Notes: a model not told the origin generated them from the sequence alone. Shown: positions 8,415 through 18,692, numbered from the stretch's first letter. The stretch is 48,471 bases of DNA from a virus (IMGVR_UViG_3300026302_000106:1-48471); one strand, 5' to 3'. Made by a program: numbers and translations.

Positions 8415-10144
8415 CAGGCCAGCTCCACCTCGTCGCGCAGCGCGCGGAACACCGTCGTGCACCTGGCCGCGCCGTCGCCGTCGGTGATGTGCACCAGCTC
8501 CAGCTCGTCGCTGTCCAGCCGGCACAGCTGCAGCCAGCTCATGCGCGTGACGTGCACGCCCGCCGCGCCGGCCGGCCGCAGCTCCACGCCAGGCGTGGCG
8601 CTGATTGCCAGGCGCTCCAGGCCGCCCTCCAGCTCGGTGACGCCGGTCACCGCGCAGTGCACGGCGCTGCCATCGCTCAGCTCGATGCGCAGGTCGCGCC
8701 GCCCTGGTGGCGGCGCCGCGCCGATGAAGCGCGCCAGCCCGCAGGCCTCAACGTCCAGCGCCAGGCCGGTGGCAGGCGTGATCGCCGCCAGCGTCAGGTC
8801 ATCGGCATGCGTCGGCAGCCACATCGGCTGCAGGCGGCCCATCAGCCCGTACAGCAGGCTGCGCCAAGCCGAATGCTCGGCGCGGCCCATCAGCGTCCAC
8901 GCATGCGCGTGCACCGGCAGGCCAACGCCGGCAGTGTCGCTGCGGCGCGGCAGGCCGCTGCCGTTGTCCAGCATCAGCTGCAGCCGCGTCCAGCCATGCG
9001 TCAGGTCCTCGCTCTCGTCGGGCCGCTCGGTGAACAGCGGCGCACCGCGATACGTGGCCACCGGCAGCGCAGCCGGCCAGTCGCACGCCTCGGCCACTTC
9101 GAAGGTGCCGCTCACGACCGACAGCTGGTCCGTCTTGCGCGTCACGGAAGGCTGTTGCACCAGCTCGGCCATGCGCGCCGGGCAGACGATCGTGCCGGCC
9201 GGCCAGGTGGCCACCACCGGCCGCTTGAGCGTCAGGCCGCCGGGCTCGATCGACTCGATCTCGACGGTCTCCACCGCCAGCGCATGCTCGCCGATCAACA
9301 TCGCCAGCCCACCGTCGCGCCAGTCGAAGCCCTCGGTCGCGCAGGCCAGCGTCAGCGCGCCGGCGCCCAGGTCGGCGGCCAGCACCTGGGCATCGGGCCA
9401 GATCGGCAGCGACCAGGTGCTGGCGCCCCAGCCGGCCAGCGCGAGGTCAGCCACGCGCCGATCGCGGCCCTCCACGATGAAGCGCAGCTCGAAGCTGCGG
9501 CGCGGCCACCCCCGCAGCGCGCGGCGCTGCTCGGCCGCGCTGGCGCTGGTGAGCACGTCCGTCTTCCAGGCCAGGCGCTCGGTGATGCCGTCGCTCCAGT
9601 CGGGTCGGAACGGCCACTCCACCACGCGGCCGCCGGTGACGCGCAGCGGCGGCGCCGGCACGCCGGTGAAGCTGAACGCGATGCTCGCGTCGATGCGGCT
9701 CGGCCCGTCGCGCTCCACCGTCACCTGCCACACCGATTCCTGCAGCGGCTGGTATGTGGTCGGGATGCCGTGCGGCGGCGTCAGCACCAGGCCTTCCTGC
9801 ACGCCCGAGACCGCAGTGAGCGTGCGCGGCACGAACCACGCATTCCACACGCGCACCTGCACCACTTGCGCCGAGACGATGTTGCCCAGTGCCAGCACCG
9901 CCGGCCTCACGTGGATGCGGTAGTACCAGTCGTCGACGAAGCCGCGGGCCAGCGAGCCATTCAGCGCTCGAGGCGTCATGCTGACGGGCCAGTGGGTGAT
10001 CAAGCTGGCCTGCGAGGTGCGGCTGATCGTCGCGTCGTGCAGCGGCCAGTAGTCGACTTCAAAGCCCTCGAAGTCGGGCGTCAGGTGCCCATTGACATAG
10101 GCACCCAGCGGCGACCGCGCCAGCCATCCGTTCAGCGCCGCCAT
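8414..10144 (-). CDS. Tail structural protein (distal tail/hub region)
   Basis: 576 aa; DWSDGITERLAWKTDVL...EQRRALRGWPRRSF motif; coupled in tail operon. Confidence 0.75.
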   Translation of the reverse strand: MAALNGWLARSPLGAYVNGHLTPDFEGFEVDYWPLHDATISRTSQASLITHWPVSMTPRALNGSLARGFVDDWYYRIHVRPAVLALGNIVSAQVVQVRVWNAWFVPRTLTAVSGVQEGLVLTPPHGIPTTYQPLQESVWQVTVERDGPSRIDASIAFSFTGVPAPPLRVTGGRVVEWPFRPDWSDGITERLAWKTDVLTSASAAEQRRALRGWPRRSFELRFIVEGRDRRVADLALAGWGASTWSLPIWPDAQVLAADLGAGALTLACATEGFDWRDGGLAMLIGEHALAVETVEIESIEPGGLTLKRPVVATWPAGTIVCPARMAELVQQPSVTRKTDQLSVVSGTFEVAEACDWPAALPVATYRGAPLFTERPDESEDLTHGWTRLQLMLDNGSGLPRRSDTAGVGLPVHAHAWTLMGRAEHSAWRSLLYGLMGRLQPMWLPTHADDLTLAAITPATGLALDVEACGLARFIGAAPPPGRRDLRIELSDGSAVHCAVTGVTELEGGLERLAISATPGVELRPAGAAGVHVTRMSWLQLCRLDSDELELVHITDGDGAARCTTVFRALRDEVELA

Positions 10145-10146
10145 GC

Positions 10147-11076
10147 TCAGGGCCCGTCGTAGCGCACCGCGAAACCGAGCGTGCCGCTGTGCACGTCCGC
10201 GGCGGTACCGGTGGCGCCACCGTTGCGCACGGCGCTGTTCTTGCGCAGCCAGGGAATCATCATCCACTGGTCGCTGCCGATGGCGAACACCTCGAACGGG
10301 TTGTGGTTGTCGAGGCGCGCGTAGCGCGCATGCGCGCAGTCGACCACCAGCGAATACCGATTCGATGGCCTGGCCATCACCGCTTGAATGGGCAACAGCA
10401 CCGACTCGCCGTTCCACACGCTGGGCAGCATCGACAGCAGCGGCTGCGACGACATGTAGGCCGAAGGCTGCGGCAAGGTCTTTGCATCCGACCACGTGGC
10501 GCCGTCTAGGCCATGGTGGATGAAGCTCTCGGCAATCGTCGCCAGCGTCGAGCCAACGGTTGATCGCCAGAAGGCTGCGCACACCGAGTGTCCGCCGAAG
10601 CCGTTGTAAAGCACCCCGGCTTGCTCGGCATCCCCGTACGCCGCCGGCCGCGCGCCATGACTCGATGCCGAGAACCACGCACCGCTGCCCGGCAGTGGCA
10701 AGGTGGACTGACCCCAGGCCGCATATTGCGCGCGGTCGACGTTGTACTGAGCGACCACGTAGACCTCGTCTGGCGCCGCGTGCACGAACACGTGGTACGT
10801 CACCGGGAATAGCAGAGCCAGCGCCGGAATGCCGCCAATCTCGGCGCTGCCCGGCGCGGGGTTCGTCAGTGCTGCACCGGAGACACCGGTACCGCCCTTG
10901 AACTCCAGCAGCTCTGCGCCGCCTGCGCCAGTGCGCGTCCACGCCGTCACACGCATGGCCACGCTGCCCTTGTGCAGGATGTCGCCCGTCAGCGTCCAGC
11001 CGTTGGCCGTGCACGCCAGCTGGATTGCCGAGCGCAGCGTGGCCATGTCGTTGGCAGTGCCCGTCACGTAAGCCAT
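10147..11076 (-). CDS. Virion structural protein (D3112-type minor tail)
   Basis: MAYVTGTAN start and HSGTLGFAVRYDGP end; follows the tape-measure block. Confidence 0.7.
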   Translation of the reverse strand: MAYVTGTANDMATLRSAIQLACTANGWTLTGDILHKGSVAMRVTAWTRTGAGGAELLEFKGGTGVSGAALTNPAPGSAEIGGIPALALLFPVTYHVFVHAAPDEVYVVAQYNVDRAQYAAWGQSTLPLPGSGAWFSASSHGARPAAYGDAEQAGVLYNGFGGHSVCAAFWRSTVGSTLATIAESFIHHGLDGATWSDAKTLPQPSAYMSSQPLLSMLPSVWNGESVLLPIQAVMARPSNRYSLVVDCAHARYARLDNHNPFEVFAIGSDQWMMIPWLRKNSAVRNGGATGTAADVHSGTLGFAVRYDGP

Positions 11077-11981
11077 CAGGAATCCAGTCTCATCGCGATG
11101 TAGTCGATGTGCCCGGTGCGCCAAACGTCCTGGACCACCACCCAGTCCACGCCGCCGATCGACAGCGTGTTCTCCACGCCGTTGTCGAACCCGCTCACGA
11201 AGCACACGCCGTCCAGCTCACCCCAAACGTTGCCTTGCGTCGCCGGCCAGGCCGTGGTGCTGCTGTTGTCGTGCAGCACGATGGGCAGCAGTGGGTATTG
11301 GCCGTTGGTGTCGCGCAGGGCAAAGGTCGAGGAAGCGAGCCAGCCCTCGCTGCCGCCTGCGGCATACCATGGCCAGCACCACGGTTGCACCCATGAGCCA
11401 TCCACGCGCCGCAGCGCGACGTTGGGCCGTTGGTTGCCGCTCGGCCAGGCGCCCTTGAAGCCGAAGCTGTGCAGCGTCTCGCTGAAGCGGGTCGCGGCCG
11501 CGCCGGTCAGCATGCCGCTCACCAGCAGCGGGTAGGGATACTGACCCGGCGTCGCGTACGGCAGGAACTTGCCGAGGTAGATGGTCTCGTAGACCGGCGT
11601 TCCCACCTTCATGGCCAGCACCAGGCGCTGGCCATTGATGGTGAGCCAGTAGTCGATGCGGTTGTTGTGCGCCGGCACGCCGGACAAGAAGGCCCCGGGC
11701 TGCGTGTCGAATGTGTTGCTGCTCACGTAGCCCGTGAAGCCGCCCACCAGCAGGTTGTAGAGGTCGGCGCCGGCGTCCTGGTAGGTGCGCAGGCCCACGA
11801 AGATCTGCTCGGTACCGCTCATGCCGGGCGCCATCAGCAGCAGCTCGTGGTTCGTGCCCGATGCGTCGTAGCGCTTCACCGTCCAGCCGTTGGCCGAGAC
11901 GAAGTCGCGCACCGCGATGAGCAGGTTCTGATGCGCGAGCTTGCCGCCGCCGCTCTCAACGAAGCCGATCTGGTGCGGCAT
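11076..11981 (-). CDS. Virion structural protein (D3112-type minor tail)
   Basis: LPYATPGQYPYPL and GELDGVCFVSGFDNGVEN motifs; directly after the tape measure. Confidence 0.7.
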   Translation of the reverse strand: MPHQIGFVESGGGKLAHQNLLIAVRDFVSANGWTVKRYDASGTNHELLLMAPGMSGTEQIFVGLRTYQDAGADLYNLLVGGFTGYVSSNTFDTQPGAFLSGVPAHNNRIDYWLTINGQRLVLAMKVGTPVYETIYLGKFLPYATPGQYPYPLLVSGMLTGAAATRFSETLHSFGFKGAWPSGNQRPNVALRRVDGSWVQPWCWPWYAAGGSEGWLASSTFALRDTNGQYPLLPIVLHDNSSTTAWPATQGNVWGELDGVCFVSGFDNGVENTLSIGGVDWVVVQDVWRTGHIDYIAMRLDS

Positions 11982-11983
11982 CC

Positions 11984-14900
11984 CTACACCCCCAACAATT
12001 GACGGAACTTGGCCGGATCGCGGCTGATGTGCAGCTCGATCAGCTTCTCTCCCTTCGGCCCGCGCAGCGCGTCGCCGATCAGGTCCGGGTCCAGCACCGG
12101 CAGCAGGCGCTGGTTGACGGCCACGCTGGTGTGCATCTGCGGCGCAGCCGGCTCGAAGCGCGCGCCGCTCGCCGGCGCCGACGGCACCACCAGGCCGCCG
12201 GCGGCATAGCCTGGCCAGGCCGTGCCACGCCAGGCCTCGACGGCGCGCATGCCGAGGCGGTTGAAGTCCCACAGGAACTGCAGCGCGCCCGGCTCGCGCA
12301 CCACTTCTTGCCGATGGACGAACTCGCCCGCATGCACCACGCCGGCGACCTGGTACTTGGTACCGGCGCCGGTGTAGCCGCCGTCGGCGAAGCCTGCTGC
12401 GATGGACATGGCGTTCGCGGCGGCCAGCTCGGCGGCGGCAGAGCTGATGGCGGCTGCCCCAGTCAGCAGCGTGGCGCTGGCCGTGGCCAGCGCGCCGGAA
12501 CTGGTGTCGAGCGCGGTGGCTCCAGCAATCGTGGCGGCCGCGGCTGTGCCCAGCGTACCGGCACCAGTCGAGACGGCACTGCCGCCGCTCGATACCGTGG
12601 CGCCGGCGGCAGCCAGCGCCGCCGCGGCCGCCGCAGTGCCAGCAGCGCCGTCCTGGCCGGTGCTCTCGCCGCCCAGCGACTTCATCAACGCAGCCGTCGC
12701 CTGCATCGCCAGCTGCTGCGCGGCCCAGTCGGCCATGGCCAGCGCCATGTTCTCGATGAAGCCGCGCGCGGCATCGCCGAGGCTGGCGGTGCCGTCGGCC
12801 AGATCGTGCAGCGCCGTGGTCAGCGAGCTACTGAACGCGTTGCTGAACGCCATCTTCAGCTCGTCGGCCTTGAGCTTGAGCGTGCCCACGCGCGCCTCGA
12901 GGTCGGCCACGCCGGCCGCAAGCTGCGGATCGCCGGTGATGGCCGCCAGCTCGCGCATGCGCGGCAGCAGCGCTTCAACCTGGGCGGCGGTCTGCGCGTT
13001 CAGCTCCACCACGCGCTTCTTGGCGTCGTACTCGCTGGTGACGCCGGCGGTCACCTCGGCCTGCAGCACCGACTGGGTGCGCGACTGGCCGCCGAAAATC
13101 AGGTCCACCTGGCGCTGCAGGTCCTGCAGCTGCGCCTTCGCAGCGGTGAGGTCGATCAGCTTGTCGACCTTGATCATGCCCTCGAAGTTGCCTTCGGCCG
13201 ACAGGTCCGCGCGCAGCTTGCGAAACCGCTCCTTCATTTCGGCCACGACCGAGTCGGCCGACTTCCCGCCGGTGGTGGTCAACGCCTGGTCCACTTCGCG
13301 CAGGCCAGCCACGTTGCGCGCCGCGGCGCTCACCTGGTCGATGCCGGCCGCCAGCTTGCGCAGCGAAGCCACGCGCGCGTCGTCCAGGCCCAGCGCCGCG
13401 CGGTTGCTGGATAGCCAGACGTCGACCTTGGCGGTGGCCTGGTCCTGGCTGTCGGCCAGGCCGAGCTGCTCGTTGCGCAGCCGCGCCTGCGCCTCGGCCA
13501 GCTGCTGCGCCAGTTCCACTTGCTTGCTGCGGTAGGTGCTTTCCGACTTGAGCTGCGCCTGCGCATCCACCTCGGCCAGCTTCTGCACCAGCGGGATGCG
13601 CTGCGCCAGCAGGCTGGACACCGCGGCTTCCTTGGCGAGCCGATCGTCCACCGAAGAGCTGCTGCGCCCGCCCTCGATCGCCACCAGGCGGTCGACGTTG
13701 TCGATCTGCGCCTGGATGCCGCGCTTCTCGATGTCCAGCAGTCGCGCCTGGTGCGTCTTCGCGTCGATCTCGTCGCGTGCGAACGCCAGCTCGGTGGCGA
13801 TGCGCTCCTGCTCCAGCCCGGCCTGGATCTGCGCCAGGCGCTGGGCCTGCGCGGCCCTGGCCACGCCGGCGCGCGCCGATTGGCGGCTGCTGCTCAGCTC
13901 GTCGAGCTTGTCCTGATTGACCGCCACCGTGTCGGCCTGCTTCTGCGCGGCCTGCGTTTCCAGGCGGATCTGCTCTTCCAGCGATGCCTTGCGGTCCAGC
14001 AGCGCCTGGCGCGCTTCATCCTGCTGGCCGGGCGTGCGGTTGCGGCCGCGCTGTGGTGCGGTGGCCAGCGCCTTCTCCACCGCGGCCAGCTGGTCCTTCA
14101 GCGACGCCGGCCGGCCGATGTTCAGCATGGCATCCCATGCGTCCTGGGCCACGCCTTTCAGCGCAATCCACGCGCGCTGCAGCGAGCCCAGGTTCTTCTC
14201 GGCGTCGGCCAGCACCTTCTTCTGGTGCTCGCCCCAGGCCTGCTGCGCCAACGCCGCCGCGGCCTGTTCCTGGCCCAGCGATCGGTAGGCCATGATCTGC
14301 CGCAGCACCGCGGCGGTGAGGTAGTTCGTGCCCTCGTTGAGCTTCAGCGACGTGGCCACCGGATCGCGGCCCAGCTCGGCATAGGCCTGCACCGTGGACG
14401 ACACCTCGCGGCCCAGCAGCCGCTGCGCCTGCACCGCCACCGTCGCAGCCTTCACCAGCTCGGCGCCGGACACGCGGCCCGTGGCCGTCAGCTGCGTCAG
14501 CGCGTCGGCCGCGGCGCCGGTGGTGCCGGCCGTCTGCGCCACGGTGCGCGCGTAGTCCTGCAGCATCCCGCGGCTCACGCCGGCGGCGTTGTTGGTGGCC
14601 GTGATGGCAGCGCTGTAGCCCGCCTGCTCGGCCTGCACCTGGTTCAGCGCCAGCGCGGCCGCGCCGGCCACGGCCGCCACGCCGACGATGGCCAGGCGCA
14701 GCGGCGTCAGCATCGTCATCAGCGCGTTGCCTGCGGCGGCCCAGCCACCGAAGCTGTCGCGGATCTGGCCGCCCTGCTGCACCGCCACCATCCACACCAG
14801 CATGCCGCTGTCGATCGACGTCGTGATGTCGGCGATCTGCGCCGGCAGCATGCGCATCGCCGCGGCCTGCTGGCCGGCGGTGATGCCGAATCGGGTCAGC

Positions 14901-15547
14901 GCCTTGCCGCCCTTGTCGGTGGCTTTCTCGAAGGCCTCGATCTGCGCGATGTACTGCTCGGCCTCCTTGCCCACGCCCAGGTTGTTGGCGCGGTAGCGCA
15001 GCACGTCGGCGCCGCTCTTGCCCTGCAGCGCCACCTGCTCGCGCAAGGCCGCCACGAAGGCCTGGCGCTGCGCGGCCGATTGCTGTGCCGCGGCGGCTGC
15101 CACGCGCTGCGCGTTGGCCTCTTCCTGCGCCGCGCGCGCGGCCGCATCGTGGGCAGCGCGGATGTTCTGCAGCTGCAGGATCAGCGGCGCCGCGGCGGCG
15201 CCCACGCCGGCCTGCGCAGCGCGGTAGCGCAGCACCTCGTCGGTGCTCTTGCCGTACAGCGCCACCTGCTCACGTAAAGCGCCGAGGGACCAGCTCTCGC
15301 CACCGCCGGCGGCGGCCGCGGCCTTGATACCGTCGGCCAGGCGGCCCACGGCGGTGCGTGCCGCGTCCACGCGCAGCGCCGCATCGGCCGCATCGGCGCC
15401 CACTCGATCGAGCCCGCCCTGCGCCGCGGCGTCGCGCCCGGCCTGGCCCACCTTGCCCAGCTTGGCGGCAATGGCGTCCAGGTCGCGCGCGGCCTGCTGC
15501 ATCTGCGATTGCAGGCGCAGTGCGACGACGACTTCACGGGTGGCCAT
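11984..15547 (-). CDS. Tail tape measure protein
   Basis: 1187 aa Ala/Gln-rich helical; lambda-family segment LPAQIADITTS...QQGGQIRDSFGG; C-terminal FADGGYTG...AGVVHAGEFV. Confidence 0.92.
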   Translation of the reverse strand: MATREVVVALRLQSQMQQAARDLDAIAAKLGKVGQAGRDAAAQGGLDRVGADAADAALRVDAARTAVGRLADGIKAAAAAGGGESWSLGALREQVALYGKSTDEVLRYRAAQAGVGAAAAPLILQLQNIRAAHDAAARAAQEEANAQRVAAAAAQQSAAQRQAFVAALREQVALQGKSGADVLRYRANNLGVGKEAEQYIAQIEAFEKATDKGGKALTRFGITAGQQAAAMRMLPAQIADITTSIDSGMLVWMVAVQQGGQIRDSFGGWAAAGNALMTMLTPLRLAIVGVAAVAGAAALALNQVQAEQAGYSAAITATNNAAGVSRGMLQDYARTVAQTAGTTGAAADALTQLTATGRVSGAELVKAATVAVQAQRLLGREVSSTVQAYAELGRDPVATSLKLNEGTNYLTAAVLRQIMAYRSLGQEQAAAALAQQAWGEHQKKVLADAEKNLGSLQRAWIALKGVAQDAWDAMLNIGRPASLKDQLAAVEKALATAPQRGRNRTPGQQDEARQALLDRKASLEEQIRLETQAAQKQADTVAVNQDKLDELSSSRQSARAGVARAAQAQRLAQIQAGLEQERIATELAFARDEIDAKTHQARLLDIEKRGIQAQIDNVDRLVAIEGGRSSSSVDDRLAKEAAVSSLLAQRIPLVQKLAEVDAQAQLKSESTYRSKQVELAQQLAEAQARLRNEQLGLADSQDQATAKVDVWLSSNRAALGLDDARVASLRKLAAGIDQVSAAARNVAGLREVDQALTTTGGKSADSVVAEMKERFRKLRADLSAEGNFEGMIKVDKLIDLTAAKAQLQDLQRQVDLIFGGQSRTQSVLQAEVTAGVTSEYDAKKRVVELNAQTAAQVEALLPRMRELAAITGDPQLAAGVADLEARVGTLKLKADELKMAFSNAFSSSLTTALHDLADGTASLGDAARGFIENMALAMADWAAQQLAMQATAALMKSLGGESTGQDGAAGTAAAAAALAAAGATVSSGGSAVSTGAGTLGTAAAATIAGATALDTSSGALATASATLLTGAAAISSAAAELAAANAMSIAAGFADGGYTGAGTKYQVAGVVHAGEFVHRQEVVREPGALQFLWDFNRLGMRAVEAWRGTAWPGYAAGGLVVPSAPASGARFEPAAPQMHTSVAVNQRLLPVLDPDLIGDALRGPKGEKLIELHISRDPAKFRQLLGV

Positions 15548-15552
15548 GTTGC

Positions 15553-15846
15553 TCAGCGCTCTTCGGTCAGGCTGTTGATGCGGTCGCGGGCGTGCTTGCC
15601 GCCGGCGAAGCCGGCATTGACGTCAGCGATACGGGTGGCCGATGCCCGCGCATCGCGGCGCTGCGCCTCGCGCCAGAACAGCTTCAACTGGCGCTCGGTC
15701 ATCGCATCGATCGCGGCTCGCGCGTGGCCGTGCGCGATCAGGCAGGCGTAGATCTCGCCGTATCCGACCCGGCCTGCACCGCCGCGCGCGCCTGGCGCTC
15801 CTGCCGCCGCACCGCCACGCGGTTCAGCGCGCGGCCGACGAAAAAA
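15553..15846 (-). CDS. Tail assembly chaperone C-terminal extension (gpGT-like, probably via -1 frameshift)
   Basis: -1 frame ORF overlapping the chaperone 3' end and ending 5 nt before the tape-measure start; slippery T TTT TTC at 15846-15840. Confidence 0.6.
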   Translation of the reverse strand, partial: FFRRPRAEPRGGAAAGAPGARGGAGRVGYGEIYACLIAHGHARAAIDAMTERQLKLFWREAQRRDARASATRIADVNAGFAGGKHARDRINSLTEER

Positions 15847-16217
15847 CGGCCGTTGGCGCCCCACCACGCCATCAGCACCAGCTCGCCGTCGTCGGGAGGC
15901 AGTGCCGCGTAGTCGTCGAGGTCGAGGTCGCAGGCCTGCGCGATCAGAGGCGCCAGCGCGTCGATGTTGCCCGCCAGGCAGGCAAGCGCCTCCTCATACG
16001 TAGGGTCGCGGCCTTGCTCCAGCGCCGCCGCGATCGACGCCACCAGCGGCTCGGCCGGCGCCAGCAGCCGCAGCCATTCGACGTGCGCGTACTCGCGCAC
16101 CATCAGCCGGCGGCCGCCGCGCAGCGTGACGACACGCTCGGGGTGCAGCACCTCCAGCTCGTTCTCCGGCGGCGGCGGCATTGCCGCGGCCGCCGGCCGC
16201 GTGATCTTGCGGGCCAT
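15738..16217 (-). CDS. Tail assembly chaperone (gpG-like)
   Basis: Between major tail and tape measure; LEVLHPER...WWGANGRFF. Confidence 0.7.
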   Translation of the reverse strand: MARKITRPAAAAMPPPPENELEVLHPERVVTLRGGRRLMVREYAHVEWLRLLAPAEPLVASIAAALEQGRDPTYEEALACLAGNIDALAPLIAQACDLDLDDYAALPPDDGELVLMAWWGANGRFFVGRALNRVAVRRQERQARAAVQAGSDTARSTPA

Positions 16218-16223
16218 GATGCG

Positions 16224-16994
16224 TCAGACTGCCGCGAGCTGCAGGATGCGGCCGAACTGGCCCAGCGCGCCGGTGGCGGACTTGGTGCTGTCGATCAGCG
16301 CGGCCATGGTGATCTGCGCGCCGCTCAGGTTGGTGTCGTTGTTGATCAGCGCCAGCTCCTGCAGCGGGTCGGTGCCCATGCGGTAGATCTCGACGATCTG
16401 CGGCGCGTTGCTCTCCGCCAGGTTGATGCCCTCGTAGCGGAACTCCACGATGGGCTGCGCCTGCGTCAGGAAGTTCACCTGCTTGGCCGCCAGGTGGCTG
16501 TACGCGGCCTTCAGCGGCATCGTCGGCGCCGGCGACGACGGCAGGCCCGTGAACTCCAGCGAGCCGAAGCGCTCGTCCAGCACGTAGTTGCCGGCGGCGA
16601 TGGTGGCCGCCGTGGGCACCGTGCTGTCGGTGATCACCAGCGCGCTGACGCCCGCGTAGTCCAGCTTCAGCACGTCACCCACGGCCACCGTGCCCAGGTC
16701 CTCGCCGACCACCGCGCCGGCCGCGATGGCGCTGGTGGCGCCGTACACGGTCTCGGCCAGCGAGTCGGTGTCGAGTTGGTGCACCGTGGCGGTGAGCTTC
16801 AGCGCCTTGCTGGTCGGGAACGACCGCGCGATGCCCTTGTTGCCGCTGTAGCTCTCCTTGTGCTCGAGCTTCTCGATCTCCATCGCGATGGTCAGCGACG
16901 ACACGTCGCCCCACCAACGCCACTTGCCGCCCCCCACATTGAGCCGGCGGCTCCACACCTTGCCCTGGCCGTAGTAGTAGTACTCGGTGGTCAT
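16224..16994 (-). CDS. Major tail tube protein
   Basis: YYYGQGKV...WWGDVSSL...EHKESYSG motif of siphovirus tube proteins; position in the operon. Confidence 0.8.
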   Translation of the reverse strand: MTTEYYYYGQGKVWSRRLNVGGGKWRWWGDVSSLTIAMEIEKLEHKESYSGNKGIARSFPTSKALKLTATVHQLDTDSLAETVYGATSAIAAGAVVGEDLGTVAVGDVLKLDYAGVSALVITDSTVPTAATIAAGNYVLDERFGSLEFTGLPSSPAPTMPLKAAYSHLAAKQVNFLTQAQPIVEFRYEGINLAESNAPQIVEIYRMGTDPLQELALINNDTNLSGAQITMAALIDSTKSATGALGQFGRILQLAAV

Positions 16995-17003
16995 CGTCGT
17001 CCT

Positions 17004-17489
17004 TCAGGTCGTTGCCCCGGCCAAGCCGAAGCGGGTGGAGAAATGCGCCCGCGCCAAGAACGCGAGCGGGTAGTAAGCGAAGCGGCCGCCGGGGCTGTAG
17101 TACGGCCGCGGCGGCGTGGTCGGAATCAGGCCGTGCGTGTGGCCCGGCAGCAGCAAGCCGTGCAGCGCCTGCCACACGGCGGCCATGTAGCGGCCGCCTT
17201 CGGCGTTGCGCGGCGCGGCCTCGCGCGGCTGCTCGGCGCTGGCCACGGCGATCACGGCCAGCCAGCGGTGCGCCAGGTTGGCGCGCTGCTCGTCGGCGTC
17301 GTAGACCATCGGGCCGTCGTAGACGACGTAGACCGCCGGCGCGATCTGCATTTCTTCGGCCACGGTGGCCAGGTAGTCGCGCGTGCCGATCTTGCGGCAC
17401 CAGGCGTCGGGCCCGGTCTGCGTGGCCTGCTGCAGCCGCTGCACGATGCCGCTCTCGGCCGCCAGCAGGTTGAGGTCCGGCGAGCCCAT
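17004..17489 (-). CDS. Tail terminator (Mu gp37-like)
   Basis: Follows the gp36-like gene with TGATG coupling; APAVYVVYDG motif. Confidence 0.65.
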   Translation of the reverse strand: MGSPDLNLLAAESGIVQRLQQATQTGPDAWCRKIGTRDYLATVAEEMQIAPAVYVVYDGPMVYDADEQRANLAHRWLAVIAVASAEQPREAAPRNAEGGRYMAAVWQALHGLLLPGHTHGLIPTTPPRPYYSPGGRFAYYPLAFLARAHFSTRFGLAGATT

Positions 17490-17980
17490 CAGCCGAAGTC
17501 CCGCAGCGTCTCGTCGGTGATCGCGCGCGGGCCGAAGCAGTACTGCGTCTCCGCGCTGCCGCTCTGCGCATCGGCGCCGAGCAGCTCGCCTGGGCTGCCG
17601 CCCCACGGGCACGCCAGCTGCGCGCGCCCTTCGGCGATGGCCTCCAGCTCGGCCACCGCGGCCTTGTAGCGGCGGTACACCTCGTGCTCGGGCGCGAGAT
17701 CGTCGTAGAGGTAGTAGCGCGCCAGGTCGCAGGCCAGGCGCGTCAGCACCGGCGGCGGCACGAACACGCTGTTGCCGCTGGCGTCGGGCTTCTCGCAGCC
17801 GCGCAGCGGCAGCCGGTACACCTGGCCGATGTAGCCGTCGACGAAGGCCGCAGCGTCGTCGAGCTTCAGCTGCACGCGCACCGGGTTCACCATCGCCGGC
17901 GGCACCTCGCAATCGGTCAGCTCGGCAAGCTCGCGCTCGCCGAACCGGGCCGTCATGTCGGTGATCGTGGCGTAGGCCAT
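17489..17980 (-). CDS. Head-tail adaptor, Mu gp36/DUF1320 family
   Basis: MAYATITDMTARFGERELAELTD...YRLPL...CDLARYYLY signature. Confidence 0.88.
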   Translation of the reverse strand: MAYATITDMTARFGERELAELTDCEVPPAMVNPVRVQLKLDDAAAFVDGYIGQVYRLPLRGCEKPDASGNSVFVPPPVLTRLACDLARYYLYDDLAPEHEVYRRYKAAVAELEAIAEGRAQLACPWGGSPGELLGADAQSGSAETQYCFGPRAITDETLRDFG

Positions 17981-18011
17981 GCCAGGCGCGCGGGTGGGTC
18001 AGCCGCCGGCG

Positions 18012-18392
18012 TCAGGCGTGGACGTGCGTCTGCAGCCGCACCTCGACGAGCTGTCCCGCCGCAGTGGTGGCGCCCAGCGCCTGGCCGCACCGGTCGGTGA
18101 GCGAGCCGACCACTGCGCGGCCGGTGCCGTCCGTCGCAGTCTTGACGTAAGCGCCGGCCGCGATGGCGCCGGCGCACTCCACCAGCTCGCTGTAGCCGGT
18201 GGTCAGCGCCAGCGCCTGGCCGGCGTCGGCATTGGACTGGCTGACGCCTTGCACGTCCTTCGCGCCGCCGGCAACGCTGGGGTAGCCGCCGTCGTAGGCG
18301 ACAAAGCGATTGGCCAGCAGCGCCACGCTGGCGACGATGGTCACCGCGTGCTGCACGTCGGCCTGCCGGCCGGGGTTGTTCTGAGCTGCCAT
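18012..18392 (-). CDS. Capsid decoration/cement-like protein (DUF2190-like)
   Basis: Small Gly/Ala-rich protein after the capsid gene; VECAGAIAAG...GRAV...GQALGATTAAGQLVEV. Confidence 0.65.
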   Translation of the reverse strand: MAAQNNPGRQADVQHAVTIVASVALLANRFVAYDGGYPSVAGGAKDVQGVSQSNADAGQALALTTGYSELVECAGAIAAGAYVKTATDGTGRAVVGSLTDRCGQALGATTAAGQLVEVRLQTHVHA

Positions 18393-18431
18393 GAAGTTGG
18401 GCTCCGTTCAGGTTGCGCGTCAGGCCGCGGG

Positions 18432-18692
18432 TCAGGCCTTCGTGGACTCGGCCGCGGCCACCGCCGCTTCCTTGGCCTGCTTGAAGTCGGCCTGCGCCGC
18501 CTTGTCGGCGCGCGCCTCGGCCTTGGCTTCGGCGGCTTCGGCCTCGGGGTCGCGGATGGCCTTCATGGCCAGCAGCTGCTGCACGTCGTGCCCCGACAGC
18601 TCGGGCACCGGCTCGCCGGGCTGCACGTCCACGCGCTGGCCGTCGACGTGGCACGTCACCAGCACGGCGGCGATGTAGGTCTTCTTGCTCAT
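18432..18692 (-). CDS. Hypothetical head-associated protein
   Basis: 86 aa with GGAG RBS, directly after the capsid gene. Confidence 0.6.
   Translation of the reverse strand: MSKKTYIAAVLVTCHVDGQRVDVQPGEPVPELSGHDVQQLLAMKAIRDPEAEAAEAKAEARADKAAQADFKQAKEAAVAAAESTKA

Noticed and set aside
16224..17980. Contractile (Mu-type) tail
   Set aside because: No sheath or baseplate-wedge genes; the tail module is siphovirus type.
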